A stretch of 63,373 nt of DNA, filler included. It is 4 parts of 4 records of this genome, joined end to end, with 100 filler letters (N's around TTAATTAATTAA, not from the genome) between each part and the next. Parts side by side here need not be neighbours in the genome. Positions count along the whole stretch, not along the records: positions 1 to 30,935 come from DRR723986_24248; positions 31,036 to 47,836 come from DRR723986_24311; 2 more parts are not named here. The stretch is one strand, 5' to 3'. Made by a program: the position numbers and the translations under genes. The notes under the pieces are model-generated. The model did no database searches. It was not told the origin of the DNA and saw only the letters and a program-made list of their open reading frames with translations. Positions 29,110 to 39,713 of this stretch are shown here, in pieces; the stretch's first letter is position 1, and the number at the start of each line of letters is the position of its first letter.

Positions 29110-30240
29110 TTACACTCCTTTTCTTACCAACTTAGTTAGTTTTATAACCAAATCTGTAAATAGAATTTTTGCATTCGCGTTGCGCTCAAGATGATAGTGC
29201 GCTTCATTAAACTCTTCCATCAGTTCCGTGATGTTCTGGTTATTAATAAATTTTGCAAATTTATTTAGGAAGGCTGTTTCTTCTTCTCGCAGATTCAGCA
29301 ACTGATCTTTCATGTAATTCATGATGATGCTTTCTCTGAATATGTGCAAGCCATATTTAATAAAATTCTTTTGTCTTTGTTTCCCGATTTCTGCTATTTC
29401 ATCACTGATAGCCATTAAATCGTTTGGGTTTGCTGCGTATGCCGAACGCATAAGTTTCACAAATAGATCAAAATAAGCCAATTGATCTTTATCACCATGT
29501 GCAGCATTTAGCGCCTCTACCATATTACCTTGTGACAAACTAGCTATTGAATGTGCAACGGCTTTGTCTATTCCATTCTTTTTTGATAGATAATCGGCTA
29601 CTTGTTCTCTTTTCAGAGCAGGAACTGTTAAGGTCTGTGTTCTAGAAATAATTGTTGGAAGAATTGCCTCGTTATTATCGCACAACAATAAAAACAGGGT
29701 TTGCTGTGGTGGCTCTTCAAGTAACTTCAACATTTTATTTGCCGCTTGCGCATTCATTCTTTCAGGCAACCAAATAATCATGACCTTGTACTTTCCAGAA
29801 AATGATTTGAGGGATAGTTTTTTTAGGATCGCTCTACTTTCATCTACACCGATAATTGGATTTTTTCCTTCAGAACCAATATGGTCTAACCAATTTTCAA
29901 CACCAAAATGCGGTTGTTTTAAAATGAGTTGATTCCATTCTGAACGCAAATCATCTGAAGTAGCCACTTTATCAGCCTTAGAAATTGGAACAGGAAAGGC
30001 AAAATGAAGATCGGGGTGTGTTAAGGAATTCATTTTTTGACAATTCGGGCATTCACCACAAGCATCTTTCTTCCCGGGATTGTCACAAAGTAAATACTGC
30101 GTGAAGGCTATGGCTAGACCCAATTTTCCAGAACCCTCAGGTCCCAAAAACATTTGTGCGTGACCGATTCGATCATTTTTTACCTCAGCCAATAAATGTT
30201 TGACTGCATTTTCGTTTACTATGACATCCTTAAAAAGCAC
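29110..30240 (-). CDS. holB: DNA polymerase III subunit delta'
   Basis: HAQMFLGPEGSGK, CGECPNC, HPDLHF, AANKMLKLLEEPP, TIISRTQ; GTG start at 30240 likely. Confidence 0.92.
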   Translation of the reverse strand: MLFKDVIVNENAVKHLLAEVKNDRIGHAQMFLGPEGSGKLGLAIAFTQYLLCDNPGKKDACGECPNCQKMNSLTHPDLHFAFPVPISKADKVATSDDLRSEWNQLILKQPHFGVENWLDHIGSEGKNPIIGVDESRAILKKLSLKSFSGKYKVMIIWLPERMNAQAANKMLKLLEEPPQQTLFLLLCDNNEAILPTIISRTQTLTVPALKREQVADYLSKKNGIDKAVAHSIASLSQGNMVEALNAAHGDKDQLAYFDLFVKLMRSAYAANPNDLMAISDEIAEIGKQRQKNFIKYGLHIFRESIIMNYMKDQLLNLREEETAFLNKFAKFINNQNITELMEEFNEAHYHLERNANAKILFTDLVIKLTKLVRKGV

Positions 30241-30344
30241 TGGGCTAAAATTAGTTATTATCATGGTACGAATTTTGCCTATTATGGTAAAATTCTTAAA
30301 TTTAAACACAGGGCAGTATTGCCTGAATCCTTAAAACAAACAAG

Positions 30345-30935
30345 ATGAAAAAAATACTTACACTATCCGCGCTATTTTTTGCACTAGGTTCATTTGCACA
30401 AGTTGGCGTTAAAGAAACTAATGTCAATATAGATGGTGGCAAAAATGGTTTTGAAATAGAAATTCCATATGCTGATAAAAAAACTACAGAAAAAGAGCTA
30501 AAAGACTTATTTAAAAGCTGGAAAGGCAGTTTTTCAGATAAAAAAGGGGTCATGAAGTCTGACGACTGTAAAGACAAAGACATGGGTGAAAACACTTTTG
30601 ACGTATACGGAACTGTGGTAGAAAATGGTGAAGATGGGTCTAAGGCTTTGGTAGCCGTAGATTTAGGAGGGGCTTATTTAAATTCTTCTGATCACAGTTC
30701 TCAATTTAAAGTGATGGAAAGCATTTTAAAAGTATGGGGTGTTAAAACAGCTACCATTTACGTGCAGGAAGTTGAAAAAGAAGAAGAGAAAATCTTAAAA
30801 GACAAAGAAAAAGAACTGAGCGACTTGGAAAAAGATCAGGAGAAGATGGAAAAAGAAATTGAAGATTATAAAAAGAAGATCGAAGACAACGAAAAAGCCA
30901 TTGAGCAAAGCAAGAAAGATCAAGAAGAAAAGAAA
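30345..30935 (+). CDS. Secreted protein with C-terminal coiled coil, truncated at contig end
   Basis: Signal peptide SFA|Q; E/K-rich heptads run into the linker. Confidence 0.7.
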
Positions 30936-31035
30936 NNNNNNNNNNNNNNNNNNNNNNNNNNNNNNNNNNNNNNNNNNNNTTAATTAATTAANNNNNNNNN
31001 NNNNNNNNNNNNNNNNNNNNNNNNNNNNNNNNNNN
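30936..31035. other. Artificial contig linker
   Basis: N44-TTAATTAATTAA-N44; abrupt GC shift across it. Confidence 0.98.
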
Positions 31036-31219
31036 CATCGGCGTTCTCTTTCGGGACAATCAGCGTCAGTCCCTCGGTCTCTGCAAACACACCAATCGGA
31101 TCGAGATCGGCACCGTCACCGTAGGCACCACGTGGTCGTGACAGAAAAACGTACACTTCCGGCGACACGGCCGGCGACAACGTTGCGAGCAAGGTAGCTA
31201 GGTCAGATGTACCACTCAT
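31036..31219 (-). CDS. ACT domain protein (DUF2241-like), partial
   Basis: MSGTSDLATLLATLSP...YVF...FAETEGLTLIV; 3' end missing. Confidence 0.8.
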
Positions 31220-31284
31220 CAAAACTGCCGTCGTGCAAGGAAATCTTCTACGACACCGTCCTAAACGAAGCAGGCGACGCCTAA

Positions 31285-33288
31285 CTACTCGCCGACCATC
31301 GGTTTGTGTGCGTGCTGAATCGTGGCTTGGTCCACCCTGAATTGCGTCGCAAGGGCTGTCCAGGATGGTGACGGTGTCCCCTCCCTAACTTGAATCCCCT
31401 CAGGGATCCCAGCTAACAGGGCGGCTGGCGTTGCTTGCGGGGCCGTGGAAGGCGCAACGGCAGGTTGGATCGTAGCTGTCGGAGCAGCAGCGGCGACAAT
31501 AGTACTTGTCGAAAGCGAATTACCTGCATCGCCGTCGGGATCCGATTGCTCGACAATTGGTGCACCAGCGAGTGCCGGCTGTGGAGATGCATTGGTCCGC
31601 ACTGGACGAATCGGCGCGGGAGCTGCTTCATCTCTTCGGTGCAGCAAAGTGCTTCCTTCCACAGCAGGCGCATCTGAACTCTGCGAACCGATCGACTCTC
31701 TTAGCTCGCGTGGCTGGTCGTCGCGACGGCGCGGCCGGCGAAGCAGTTTAGGAAGCGGCGTCGACGATGCTTCGTCCTGGCGAACTTGCCGAGTCCCAGA
31801 TTCGCCACGGAAGATCATGCGAGTGTTACGGCCCTGAATGTTGTCAACCGACGGAATACGCTCTCCGGTAAGTCGATTTACTTGTGCAGACAGAATCTCG
31901 GTGAGTTCAGAAATACGGCGTCGGTTCAGTTGCCGACTTGCACCGCTGACCTTCAGGAAGTTCTTCAGGCTGTAGGCCATGTGGACAGACGCGGAGTACG
32001 GGTGCCTTGGGTGCCGCAACGATTCCAACTGCTTCAATGCGCGTTGGAGATCCTTTGGACCGGCGGCGTCGAGGCAGTCTCGTTCGACCGACAACCAAAT
32101 CCACCGATCGTGACCAACGCGATAAACCCAGCTCGATAGTTCAGCGTTCTGCTGTAGTTGAACATCAGACAGTTCCGCATCCATACCACTGATTCGCACG
32201 GCATACATTCTTAGTTCCGGGCGACTCCGAATATTGCCGTCTTCTAGCAATGGGGCGTTGTCAACAATCCAGCTTCGAATCAGCGACGCCGGATTGTCCG
32301 ACGGGAGTGTGATCCGGACCAGAGTGCCGCCACCAGGAGCGTGAGTCATGGTCGCATCGCCACCGTTGGCAGTGATGAGCGAGTGGACAGTTCGCAGGCC
32401 TAGACCGGTGCCGAGAGTGTCGCCAGCGGTTCGTGTACGGAAGCCAGAATTGAACTGATTGAGCATATGTTCCGCCACGCCTATGCCTTCGTCCTCGACG
32501 GCCAGGATTAGACGCTGGGTTACACTATTCTGAACACCCACTCGAATCGAAATGCGTCGCCCGGCTGATGACGAATTCACGGCATTGCTAACGAGGTTGA
32601 GCAAGACTCGCGTCAGTTGGCTTTCGTCGAGATACAGTCTAGGAAGGGAACGGTCCCACCCAACCCAGTTCAATTCGATGTTCTTGCGAGCAGCTACGCT
32701 CTCCAGCAGTGGCTGTGCGACCTGTCGCCACTGAGCCGGATAAAACCGCTTGCGTATCGTGACTGGTGTGCCCGTTTCAAGACATCGGCCAATTAAGATG
32801 CCTTCAGCCCATTGGTTCGCCTCTTGGAGACGCATGTCGGCCACGTTCAGTAATTCAACTTCGCCTGATTCGAGTGCTCCCGAATTGCCAGCCTTTTGCG
32901 CGACTGCGGAGACTATCTGTTTGGCAATGGCGATCGGCGCACGAATGTCATGCGCGACCTCGGCGAACAACTCGCTGACCAAGTTCCCCGATTGGTTGCC
33001 TGAATCAACTTCATCGCTGTTGGCGTCTACGCCCACAGTTGCGGCATCAAGATCCACATCGCTGGACGACCGGTGCCATCCAACCGAAGTGCTCCAGCAC
33101 GACTGGAGAGCTGGCGCTGGGACGCCAGCCCGTGGTGCGTCGACACGTAAAGCGTCTACTGCCGTCGAGAATGTATCAACCGAGGAGCTGCCCGAACCTA
33201 TAGAATAGACGAATTCTTGCCAAACGGACGGGGCATCGGTTGGGCGAGGATTTGCCTGATTTATGATCGTTGGGATTGCTTCGGTCAT
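31285..33288 (-). CDS. Cytoplasmic histidine kinase with long C-terminal extension
   Basis: H-box EVAHDIRAP, N-box LLNLVSNA, DEGIG, GTGLGL; no TM; RBS GGAGG. Confidence 0.85.
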   Translation of the reverse strand: MTEAIPTIINQANPRPTDAPSVWQEFVYSIGSGSSSVDTFSTAVDALRVDAPRAGVPAPALQSCWSTSVGWHRSSSDVDLDAATVGVDANSDEVDSGNQSGNLVSELFAEVAHDIRAPIAIAKQIVSAVAQKAGNSGALESGEVELLNVADMRLQEANQWAEGILIGRCLETGTPVTIRKRFYPAQWRQVAQPLLESVAARKNIELNWVGWDRSLPRLYLDESQLTRVLLNLVSNAVNSSSAGRRISIRVGVQNSVTQRLILAVEDEGIGVAEHMLNQFNSGFRTRTAGDTLGTGLGLRTVHSLITANGGDATMTHAPGGGTLVRITLPSDNPASLIRSWIVDNAPLLEDGNIRSRPELRMYAVRISGMDAELSDVQLQQNAELSSWVYRVGHDRWIWLSVERDCLDAAGPKDLQRALKQLESLRHPRHPYSASVHMAYSLKNFLKVSGASRQLNRRRISELTEILSAQVNRLTGERIPSVDNIQGRNTRMIFRGESGTRQVRQDEASSTPLPKLLRRPRRRDDQPRELRESIGSQSSDAPAVEGSTLLHRRDEAAPAPIRPVRTNASPQPALAGAPIVEQSDPDGDAGNSLSTSTIVAAAAPTATIQPAVAPSTAPQATPAALLAGIPEGIQVREGTPSPSWTALATQFRVDQATIQHAHKPMVGE

Positions 33289-33833
33289 CGCGACCTCCGG
33301 TGCTTTTAACAGTATGTTATCCGCGGCTGAAGAACGAGAGGCGGTTCTTTGGCCGTGGGTACATTTGCTGGCTATAAATTTAGAGCAACCCTGACGACCG
33401 AAGTGGACCTGACGTCAGAGCTCTCAACATTCAACTAGTGGTATCAGCAACGAAAAAACGCTCAGCGGGGCAATCGCAGTGGGAACTCTCAGATTAAAAG
33501 CGAAAGTATCGTTGTGCATCGACGAACACCGCAGGCGACCGATAAACTGTTGTCGGGGTGAGCGGTTGTAGTTCGACACGTCAATCTATATCGACCAGTG
33601 AGTCCTGCATGGCTGGCTAAGCTTCTACAATCGTATCGATTCGCTCCCTATGCATGCTAAAGCTGCTGGGTGTAACGATTACGCGTTATGCCGCTAAACG
33701 AAGCTTTGTTGTGGCTGTGGCGAAGAAGAGGGAATTCCTAGCCAGCGCACCGTTCGGTGTATCTTGCTAGGCGAAAAGTCAACCACTGGCTCGCTCCGGA
33801 ACAGGATGCGAACGGCACAAGAACGAGGCTGCG

Positions 33834-34337
33834 ATGCAGACGCTGCGATTGATGAGCTCAAACCCACTGTGGAAGCAAGAGTTCGAACAGACTCGGTCCT
33901 CCATACTGGGGGCCACTGAAGGATGGATTACCGCCTGCGAACATATCGGTGGCACCGCGCTGCCGGCCACCGTTGCTCGTCCGACGGTTGATCTCATTGC
34001 CGGGGTGACGGATCTAACGAGTCTGAACGATGTCGCGACGCTGATCGAAGGCCTTAACTTTCGGCGGTTGCCATCGCCAAATTGGTGCGACGATGAACTA
34101 ACCGCCTACTTGGAAAAGCCACGTAGCGGCGAACCGACGCACAGCGTGTTGGTCACTCTTCACCAGTCAGCAGCTTGGGACGCAGCCACCCAGCTACGCG
34201 ATCAACTGCAGAATTCCGAGGCATTGCGGGACGAACTGGAGACCATCAAGCGGGCGAACTACCAAGCCGATTGTGGAGCCATCGCCCGCTACACGGATGC
34301 CAAGGAAGCGTTCTTTGATAGCCTATCAGAGCGATAG
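33834..34337 (+). CDS. GrpB family protein
   Basis: WKQEFE, EHIGGTALP...ARPTVDL, YTDAKEAF. Confidence 0.8.
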   Translation: MQTLRLMSSNPLWKQEFEQTRSSILGATEGWITACEHIGGTALPATVARPTVDLIAGVTDLTSLNDVATLIEGLNFRRLPSPNWCDDELTAYLEKPRSGEPTHSVLVTLHQSAAWDAATQLRDQLQNSEALRDELETIKRANYQADCGAIARYTDAKEAFFDSLSER

Positions 34338-34401
34338 TTGGGCCTGCATACTGCATAGCCCATTACACTTCGCTGCGTTTAGCTATGGTTAGAAAAGCGA
34401 G

Positions 34402-35664
34402 TTAGGTAGCCAGGGGGCGGAACGTTAACTCGCGAGCACGTCGAATCGCAAGCCAGAAATTCGTCAGCGACAATGAACTGATGCAGGTCGCGTAACTAAT
34501 GGCTGCTCCCAAGGCACCGTACAACGGAAACAGAATTGCAGTAGCTATGCCAAGCAGCAATCCGTGTAGTAACAGGTTGTAGAGTAGCGTCCGCTGACGG
34601 TCGGTGTAGATCAGAAAGCTCGGGGCCAGCGAAAACACAGCCCAAACGCTGGAACCAACTGCGAATAAGCACATCGGCAGATAGGCTGCCATGTAATCTG
34701 GGCCAAACACCGCCAAAATGTTCTTGCCCCATACAAACGTGATGATCAGAAAAACGGCTACGCCAAGGCCGATTGTGATGTACCGGCGTGTTCGGAAACG
34801 TCGGCCGTATTCCCAGTCCCGGCGTTCGATGATGATTGACAGCTTAGGCTGAAAGTACTTGTCGGTTGACTTGGATAGCAGGATAACCATCGAACCCGTT
34901 TCGAGGGCCGGAGCCAACAGAGCCATTTCACTGGTCATGTGAGGGACGTGATCTGCGACGACGATTGTCGCTCGAAAAATCCAGCTCACCAGAAAGCCCA
35001 GCCCCATAAACGAGGCACCTTGACGTATCCAATCACTGAATTCGGCAGTCGGCTGGACGCCCGCGGTATGCTTTTTGGCGTTGGTCTGAACTATCCACGT
35101 TGCGGCGAGGCAACCCATTAGGCTTGCACCGCAGAAGCACAGCACTGCATTGATTGGAGTGGCGTCGTGGACGCTGAACATTACAAAAACAAGCACCAGT
35201 GTTGTGCTGGGGACCGCAATCCGACTGATGAAACCGGCAAGGATGGCATGCCCGAGGCCGCACAGTAGATCTAGAGCTACGCCCAAGCAGGCCATGGCTG
35301 GCAAGAAAAGCATGGCCAGGATGATTGTTCGCCACGTTGCATCAGTGTGCGACGGCAACTCGATTGCGAGTCCCGCCAACCCAATTAGGGCCGTCAGCAT
35401 CAGGCAGCCAAGTATACTGAACCTCAAGTAGCCCTTTAATTTCTCCGGTGACGAACCGACGTAGACGGGCAGTATCTTGAGGGCATATTTCCCAAATCCT
35501 GCCTCGCCGATGGAGGCTAACATCAGCAACGTCGCAATCAGTCCTACGTAGCGGGCGAACTGTTCGGTATCTAATGTCCGTGCCAGCACAACGGTTATTG
35601 CGTAGCCAATCGCGACTCCCACAACGTTCAGCGCAATCAGCGTAAGTGCCTTTCGACTGATCAA
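34402..35664 (-). CDS. Polysaccharide flippase (Wzx/MOP superfamily)
   Basis: About 12 TM; VLARTL, FGPDY, PLYGALGAAIS. Confidence 0.78.
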   Translation of the reverse strand: MISRKALTLIALNVVGVAIGYAITVVLARTLDTEQFARYVGLIATLLMLASIGEAGFGKYALKILPVYVGSSPEKLKGYLRFSILGCLMLTALIGLAGLAIELPSHTDATWRTIILAMLFLPAMACLGVALDLLCGLGHAILAGFISRIAVPSTTLVLVFVMFSVHDATPINAVLCFCGASLMGCLAATWIVQTNAKKHTAGVQPTAEFSDWIRQGASFMGLGFLVSWIFRATIVVADHVPHMTSEMALLAPALETGSMVILLSKSTDKYFQPKLSIIIERRDWEYGRRFRTRRYITIGLGVAVFLIITFVWGKNILAVFGPDYMAAYLPMCLFAVGSSVWAVFSLAPSFLIYTDRQRTLLYNLLLHGLLLGIATAILFPLYGALGAAISYATCISSLSLTNFWLAIRRARELTFRPLAT

Positions 35665-35884
35665 GACGTGAAGTTCTCCGTCATAGCGTGCAGAATCCTA
35701 AAGGCTCGATCAACTCGCAGCGAGCCAGCTTTCGCTCAGAATCAATCATAGCTCGAACTATCAAGCCAAAACTACGAGAGTTTCGTAGGAAGCGCGCAAG
35801 GCAGGGAGTTCGATGTCATCAAGTGAGATAGAAAGCTAGGAGCGGAACTGTTTACTTGGGGAACTTCGACTGAGGTAAGTTGAT

Positions 35885-36226
35885 ATGGCGGGCGCGACAA
35901 CCACTAGTCTTCGGTCCTATTTCAATGCGATGACTATCGTCGCTGTTGCACTTGCTGCCGGGCTTACTCTAGGCCGGATCGGTTTGAATCCGCAGGAAGT
36001 TGCATCTTCCCTTTCGCAGCAGCAGTGTGCGACTCTGATGCTGGTTTGTACCGCCGGGCTAGTGGTTTGCCCCGCGACCCTCATCGTGACCGCTGGCGTC
36101 GTTTTGGCTCGTTGGAGCTGTCCAAGTAGAGTTCTGGCGAGCATTGTACTGGCGGCGTTTGCTTTGGCCTCTCCGGCAGTATGCTTTGCACTCGGTCGAC
36201 AGTGTGCCATGCAACTCGGTGGTTAG
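35885..36226 (+). CDS. Hypothetical membrane protein
   Basis: Three hydrophobic segments; GAGG upstream of ATG. Confidence 0.5.
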   Translation: MAGATTTSLRSYFNAMTIVAVALAAGLTLGRIGLNPQEVASSLSQQQCATLMLVCTAGLVVCPATLIVTAGVVLARWSCPSRVLASIVLAAFALASPAVCFALGRQCAMQLGG

Positions 36227-36424
36227 CTCTGTGGAGCTACAGTGGAAACCGCCCTCGGTTTCTACAAGAAAAGAGGCGGATTGCACTATCGGTGGCGACC
36301 CAGCGATTGCTAGGATCGCGGTTGCGAACATCTGATGGATGGCCGTGCGCGCTATGGATTTGCGTCGCATTGCTATCATTGAAATGCGGTGTTGGGATAC
36401 CTCGACAGGTCAAGGAGGACGGTC

Positions 36425-37912
36425 GTGCAAACGATCAAGACAGGCGTAGTAGTCGCTTTGCTCATTGCGGTTTGTTATGGAGCGTTTATCGCTCTGAACA
36501 CACCGGATCCGCAACTGCCACCAGAATTACAAGAATGGGCCGAATTCGGTGGTGCCGATTCTGGGCAACTGGTTGAATTCGAGGTTCCGGGAAGTGGCTT
36601 AAGCCCTGCTTCGCCGGAGTCGGTTTTGGACGCACTCACCGGTGCAGCTCCAAGCTTTGCAGACAGCTCGAGCGAAAATCTTCCGAGTGCATCGGGCGAA
36701 GCTCTTGCATTGCCGACCTTCGATCAATTGCCATCACAGGGCATGGCGGCCAATGAGCCGAACTTCCCTTCGCCTGGCGGCCTACCTTTGCTCGATCCGA
36801 CCGATTCAAGTGCGGACGCTTCGCTGCCAAACTTGCCGCCGCAAGGAAACGCGATTGCAGACGCTACACCGGGCAATCCGCTGCCAGCCATCCCGCCACT
36901 GACTACCGCAGCCGATAGTTCACAATCAGCTACTCCAGAACTCCCATCAATGTCTCTCGGGGGTGTGCCAGTTTCACCGGCCGTTGATTCCTCTCAACAA
37001 CGCGTGATTGGGCAAAATGTCAGCACCAGCCGCGAATTGCCCAACGGAAACTTGCTTGGAAGCTCCGAGGCGGATTTGCCGCCATTTCCGGCAGACGATT
37101 CAGCTTCGCCCGGTTCAGTAGGCCTGGCAGAAGGCGTGAGCCTACCGTTCGGCGACGGCAGTTCGGGAGCAGCAATTGCTGAGGAGCCAGTCAAGGCGTC
37201 TACAATTCCCGAGTTCTCAGTGGCTCGCGAAGAGTGGCTGAGGCGAGCGACCGTCAACGGAGAACTCCGTGCGGCCTTGGAAGCGTTGACTCGATACTAC
37301 AACAGCCCTGAGCTGACCAATGTGCAGCACAGCGACCTGGTAAATATCCTCGATGGACTCGCCCGCGAAGTCATCTATTCGAGGCGACACCTGATGTTGC
37401 CTTCGCATCCATCCACTTCGTCGGAGACGGTCGATTCGATTGCAAAGAGCTATTCGATCAATCCCGAGTTGCTTGCCAAGGTCAACGGTCTCGGAGATTC
37501 GAAAGCGATCGTGCCAGGGACGACGCTGAAAGTTATCCCGGGCCCATTCTCGGCCGAGGTAAGTTTATCAAGGCGAGAACTGACTCTATTTGTCAAAGGC
37601 ATGTACGCTGGCCGGTTCGGTGTATCGCTAGGCAATGATCCTTTCCCACCGGAAGGAAAATTTGAGGTCGGAGCGCGGCAACGCGACCGAACTTACTTCG
37701 GTGCAGGAAGTCGCGTCATTGCTGGCACTGATTCACTGAATCCGTATGGAGGCTTTTGGCTGAATCTGGGCCGAGATATCTGCATCCACGGATCACCGGA
37801 GAAAATCAGTCCAGATTTGGAAGGCGTAGGCTGCATCAGTCTAGCGCCCCTGGATGCTTCGGACGTCTACGACATACTGACCGTTGGTAGCCAAGTTAGC
37901 ATCATCAAGTAG
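36425..37912 (+). CDS. LysM and L,D-transpeptidase (YkuD) domain protein
   Basis: RBS AGGAGG plus GTG 36425; N-terminal TM, P/S-rich linker, LysM (ETVDSIAKSY...LAKVNGL), ICIHG...GCISL. Confidence 0.82.
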   Translation: MQTIKTGVVVALLIAVCYGAFIALNTPDPQLPPELQEWAEFGGADSGQLVEFEVPGSGLSPASPESVLDALTGAAPSFADSSSENLPSASGEALALPTFDQLPSQGMAANEPNFPSPGGLPLLDPTDSSADASLPNLPPQGNAIADATPGNPLPAIPPLTTAADSSQSATPELPSMSLGGVPVSPAVDSSQQRVIGQNVSTSRELPNGNLLGSSEADLPPFPADDSASPGSVGLAEGVSLPFGDGSSGAAIAEEPVKASTIPEFSVAREEWLRRATVNGELRAALEALTRYYNSPELTNVQHSDLVNILDGLAREVIYSRRHLMLPSHPSTSSETVDSIAKSYSINPELLAKVNGLGDSKAIVPGTTLKVIPGPFSAEVSLSRRELTLFVKGMYAGRFGVSLGNDPFPPEGKFEVGARQRDRTYFGAGSRVIAGTDSLNPYGGFWLNLGRDICIHGSPEKISPDLEGVGCISLAPLDASDVYDILTVGSQVSIIK

Positions 37913-37962
37913 CATAGAATTTCTGTGCCGCTGTTTTCACTTGCTATTCGAAATTCACGCTC

Positions 37963-38859
37963 GTGCACATAAACGGGATTGAGATTCAAGATGCGTTCGC
38001 GGAAGCATTTCCGATGACCGCAACGCGCTTGATCATTACTGCCGCGGATCGATTCTGGGCGCGGCGAGCTGCGGAGAGCATGACGGGCTTCGCGACCAGC
38101 GTGATTGGGTGCGGCTGTGAGGCTGGCATCGAACGGGAAGTTGCTCCTGAGTCAACGCCCGATGGCAGGCCTGGGATCGCGGTTCTACTCTTCAGCGTAT
38201 CTGGCAAAGAGCTACAGAAGCAGTTGATTCGTCGAGTTGGACAGTGTGTACTAACATGTCCGTCGACGAGCGTCTTTGCCGGCATGACTGGCGAAAAGAA
38301 GCTCGATATGGGCAGCAAACTGCGATATTTTGGCGACGGATTTCAGATCTCTAAACTCATCGATGGCGTACGTTATTGGCGAATTCCCGTTATGGACGGT
38401 GAGTTCGTGTGTGAGGACACGACGTCGCGGTGCAGCGCTGTTGGCGGTGGTAATTTCTTGGTGCTGAGCGAGACGTTGGCCGGTGCATTGAGTGCTTGTG
38501 AGTCCGCCATGGATGCGATGCGCCAGGTCGACAACTGCATCATGCCATTTCCCGGTGGAGTCGCCCGCAGTGGCTCGAAAGTTGGTTCAAAGTACAAGTC
38601 ATTGACTGCGTCGACAAACGATGCCTTTTGTCCAACGCTCCGACCGGTAACCAAGTCGCTCTTGCCCGATGGTGTATCTGCAGCGCTGGAGGTCGTCATC
38701 GACGGACTGACAGAACAAGATGTTGCACGGGCAATGCGAGTTGGCATCATGGCTGCTTGCGATGAGGGCTCACGAAAAGGGCTACGAGCGGTCACGGGCG
38801 GCAATTACGGTGGAAAGCTTGGCCCCTTTCACTTCCACTTGCGTGAGTTGCTGGCATGA
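37963..38859 (+). CDS. fhcD: Formylmethanofuran-tetrahydromethanopterin formyltransferase
   Basis: DAFAEAF, TGFATSVIGC, TPDGRPG, RVGQCVLTCP, FPGGVARSGSKVGS, GNYGGKLG. Confidence 0.95.
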   Translation: MHINGIEIQDAFAEAFPMTATRLIITAADRFWARRAAESMTGFATSVIGCGCEAGIEREVAPESTPDGRPGIAVLLFSVSGKELQKQLIRRVGQCVLTCPSTSVFAGMTGEKKLDMGSKLRYFGDGFQISKLIDGVRYWRIPVMDGEFVCEDTTSRCSAVGGGNFLVLSETLAGALSACESAMDAMRQVDNCIMPFPGGVARSGSKVGSKYKSLTASTNDAFCPTLRPVTKSLLPDGVSAALEVVIDGLTEQDVARAMRVGIMAACDEGSRKGLRAVTGGNYGGKLGPFHFHLRELLA

Positions 38860-39713
38860 ACCCGATGCAGTTGCGGTGCAAAGAAAACGCAAGAATTAAA
38901 TGGATCGATGCGTCGGCGTTGACACCTAGCCAGCTTTGCGAGCTCTCTTTGGACGAGATCATTGAGCTAGAAGTGCAGACCGATCACGGGCACTCGCCGC
39001 TCGGCGACTTGTTTGACGTTGTCGACGGCCAGCGTGACGAGATTCACTTGGAAACATCTAGCAGTGTCTTACACCATGTGGGCGGCAAGATGAGCAGCGG
39101 CAGAATGACCGTTTGCGGAGATGTCGGGGATTATCTGGCAAGCAATATGGCCGGCGGTCAGCTCACGGTTCAAGGTTCTGCTGGCGACTTTGCATTCTCC
39201 ACCATGGCAGGCGGCACGGTGGTCGTCGAAGGTGACTGTGGGGATTACACGTCAGGATCAACTGCTCCGATGAACCTTGGTATGCAAGGCGGTGTTGCGG
39301 TTGTCGAAGGCAATGTTGGGCAGTGGGCGGCAAGTCGAATGCGTCGAGGTACGCTGCTGGTGCACGGGAACTTAGGACAGTGTGCCGCATCGCGGATGAT
39401 CGCAGGAACCCTGGTTGTGTGTGGTCGTGCCAGCGAGCCGATCGGTGCTGGCATGCGGCGTGGAAGCATTATCTTCATGTCCGGCGGCTCCATTGCGAAG
39501 CGATACGTCGGATTCACCGAACCGGAGAATTCAGAACTCTCGTTTCTTCCACTGCTACTGAAGTCGATCGCAAACAAACTGCCGGAAGCAATCGCTTCAA
39601 TTTCCAGTCGGGTGGGAATGAGATCGATCGGTGATCGCACTACCGGTGGATTGGCCGAACTGATCTGGTTGGAAACTGAGCCCGTAAACGATTCTCATAT
39701 CCCCGCGTCGTAG
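38856..39713 (+). CDS. fhcC: Formyltransferase/hydrolase complex subunit C (FwdC-like)
   Basis: GXGXG beta-helix repeats, MRRG motifs; ATGA overlap with fhcD. Confidence 0.88.
   Translation: MNPMQLRCKENARIKWIDASALTPSQLCELSLDEIIELEVQTDHGHSPLGDLFDVVDGQRDEIHLETSSSVLHHVGGKMSSGRMTVCGDVGDYLASNMAGGQLTVQGSAGDFAFSTMAGGTVVVEGDCGDYTSGSTAPMNLGMQGGVAVVEGNVGQWAASRMRRGTLLVHGNLGQCAASRMIAGTLVVCGRASEPIGAGMRRGSIIFMSGGSIAKRYVGFTEPENSELSFLPLLLKSIANKLPEAIASISSRVGMRSIGDRTTGGLAELIWLETEPVNDSHIPAS

Noticed and set aside
30345..31222. ORFs running through the N-linkers
   Set aside because: Artefacts of the artificial linker; the genes are simply truncated at contig ends
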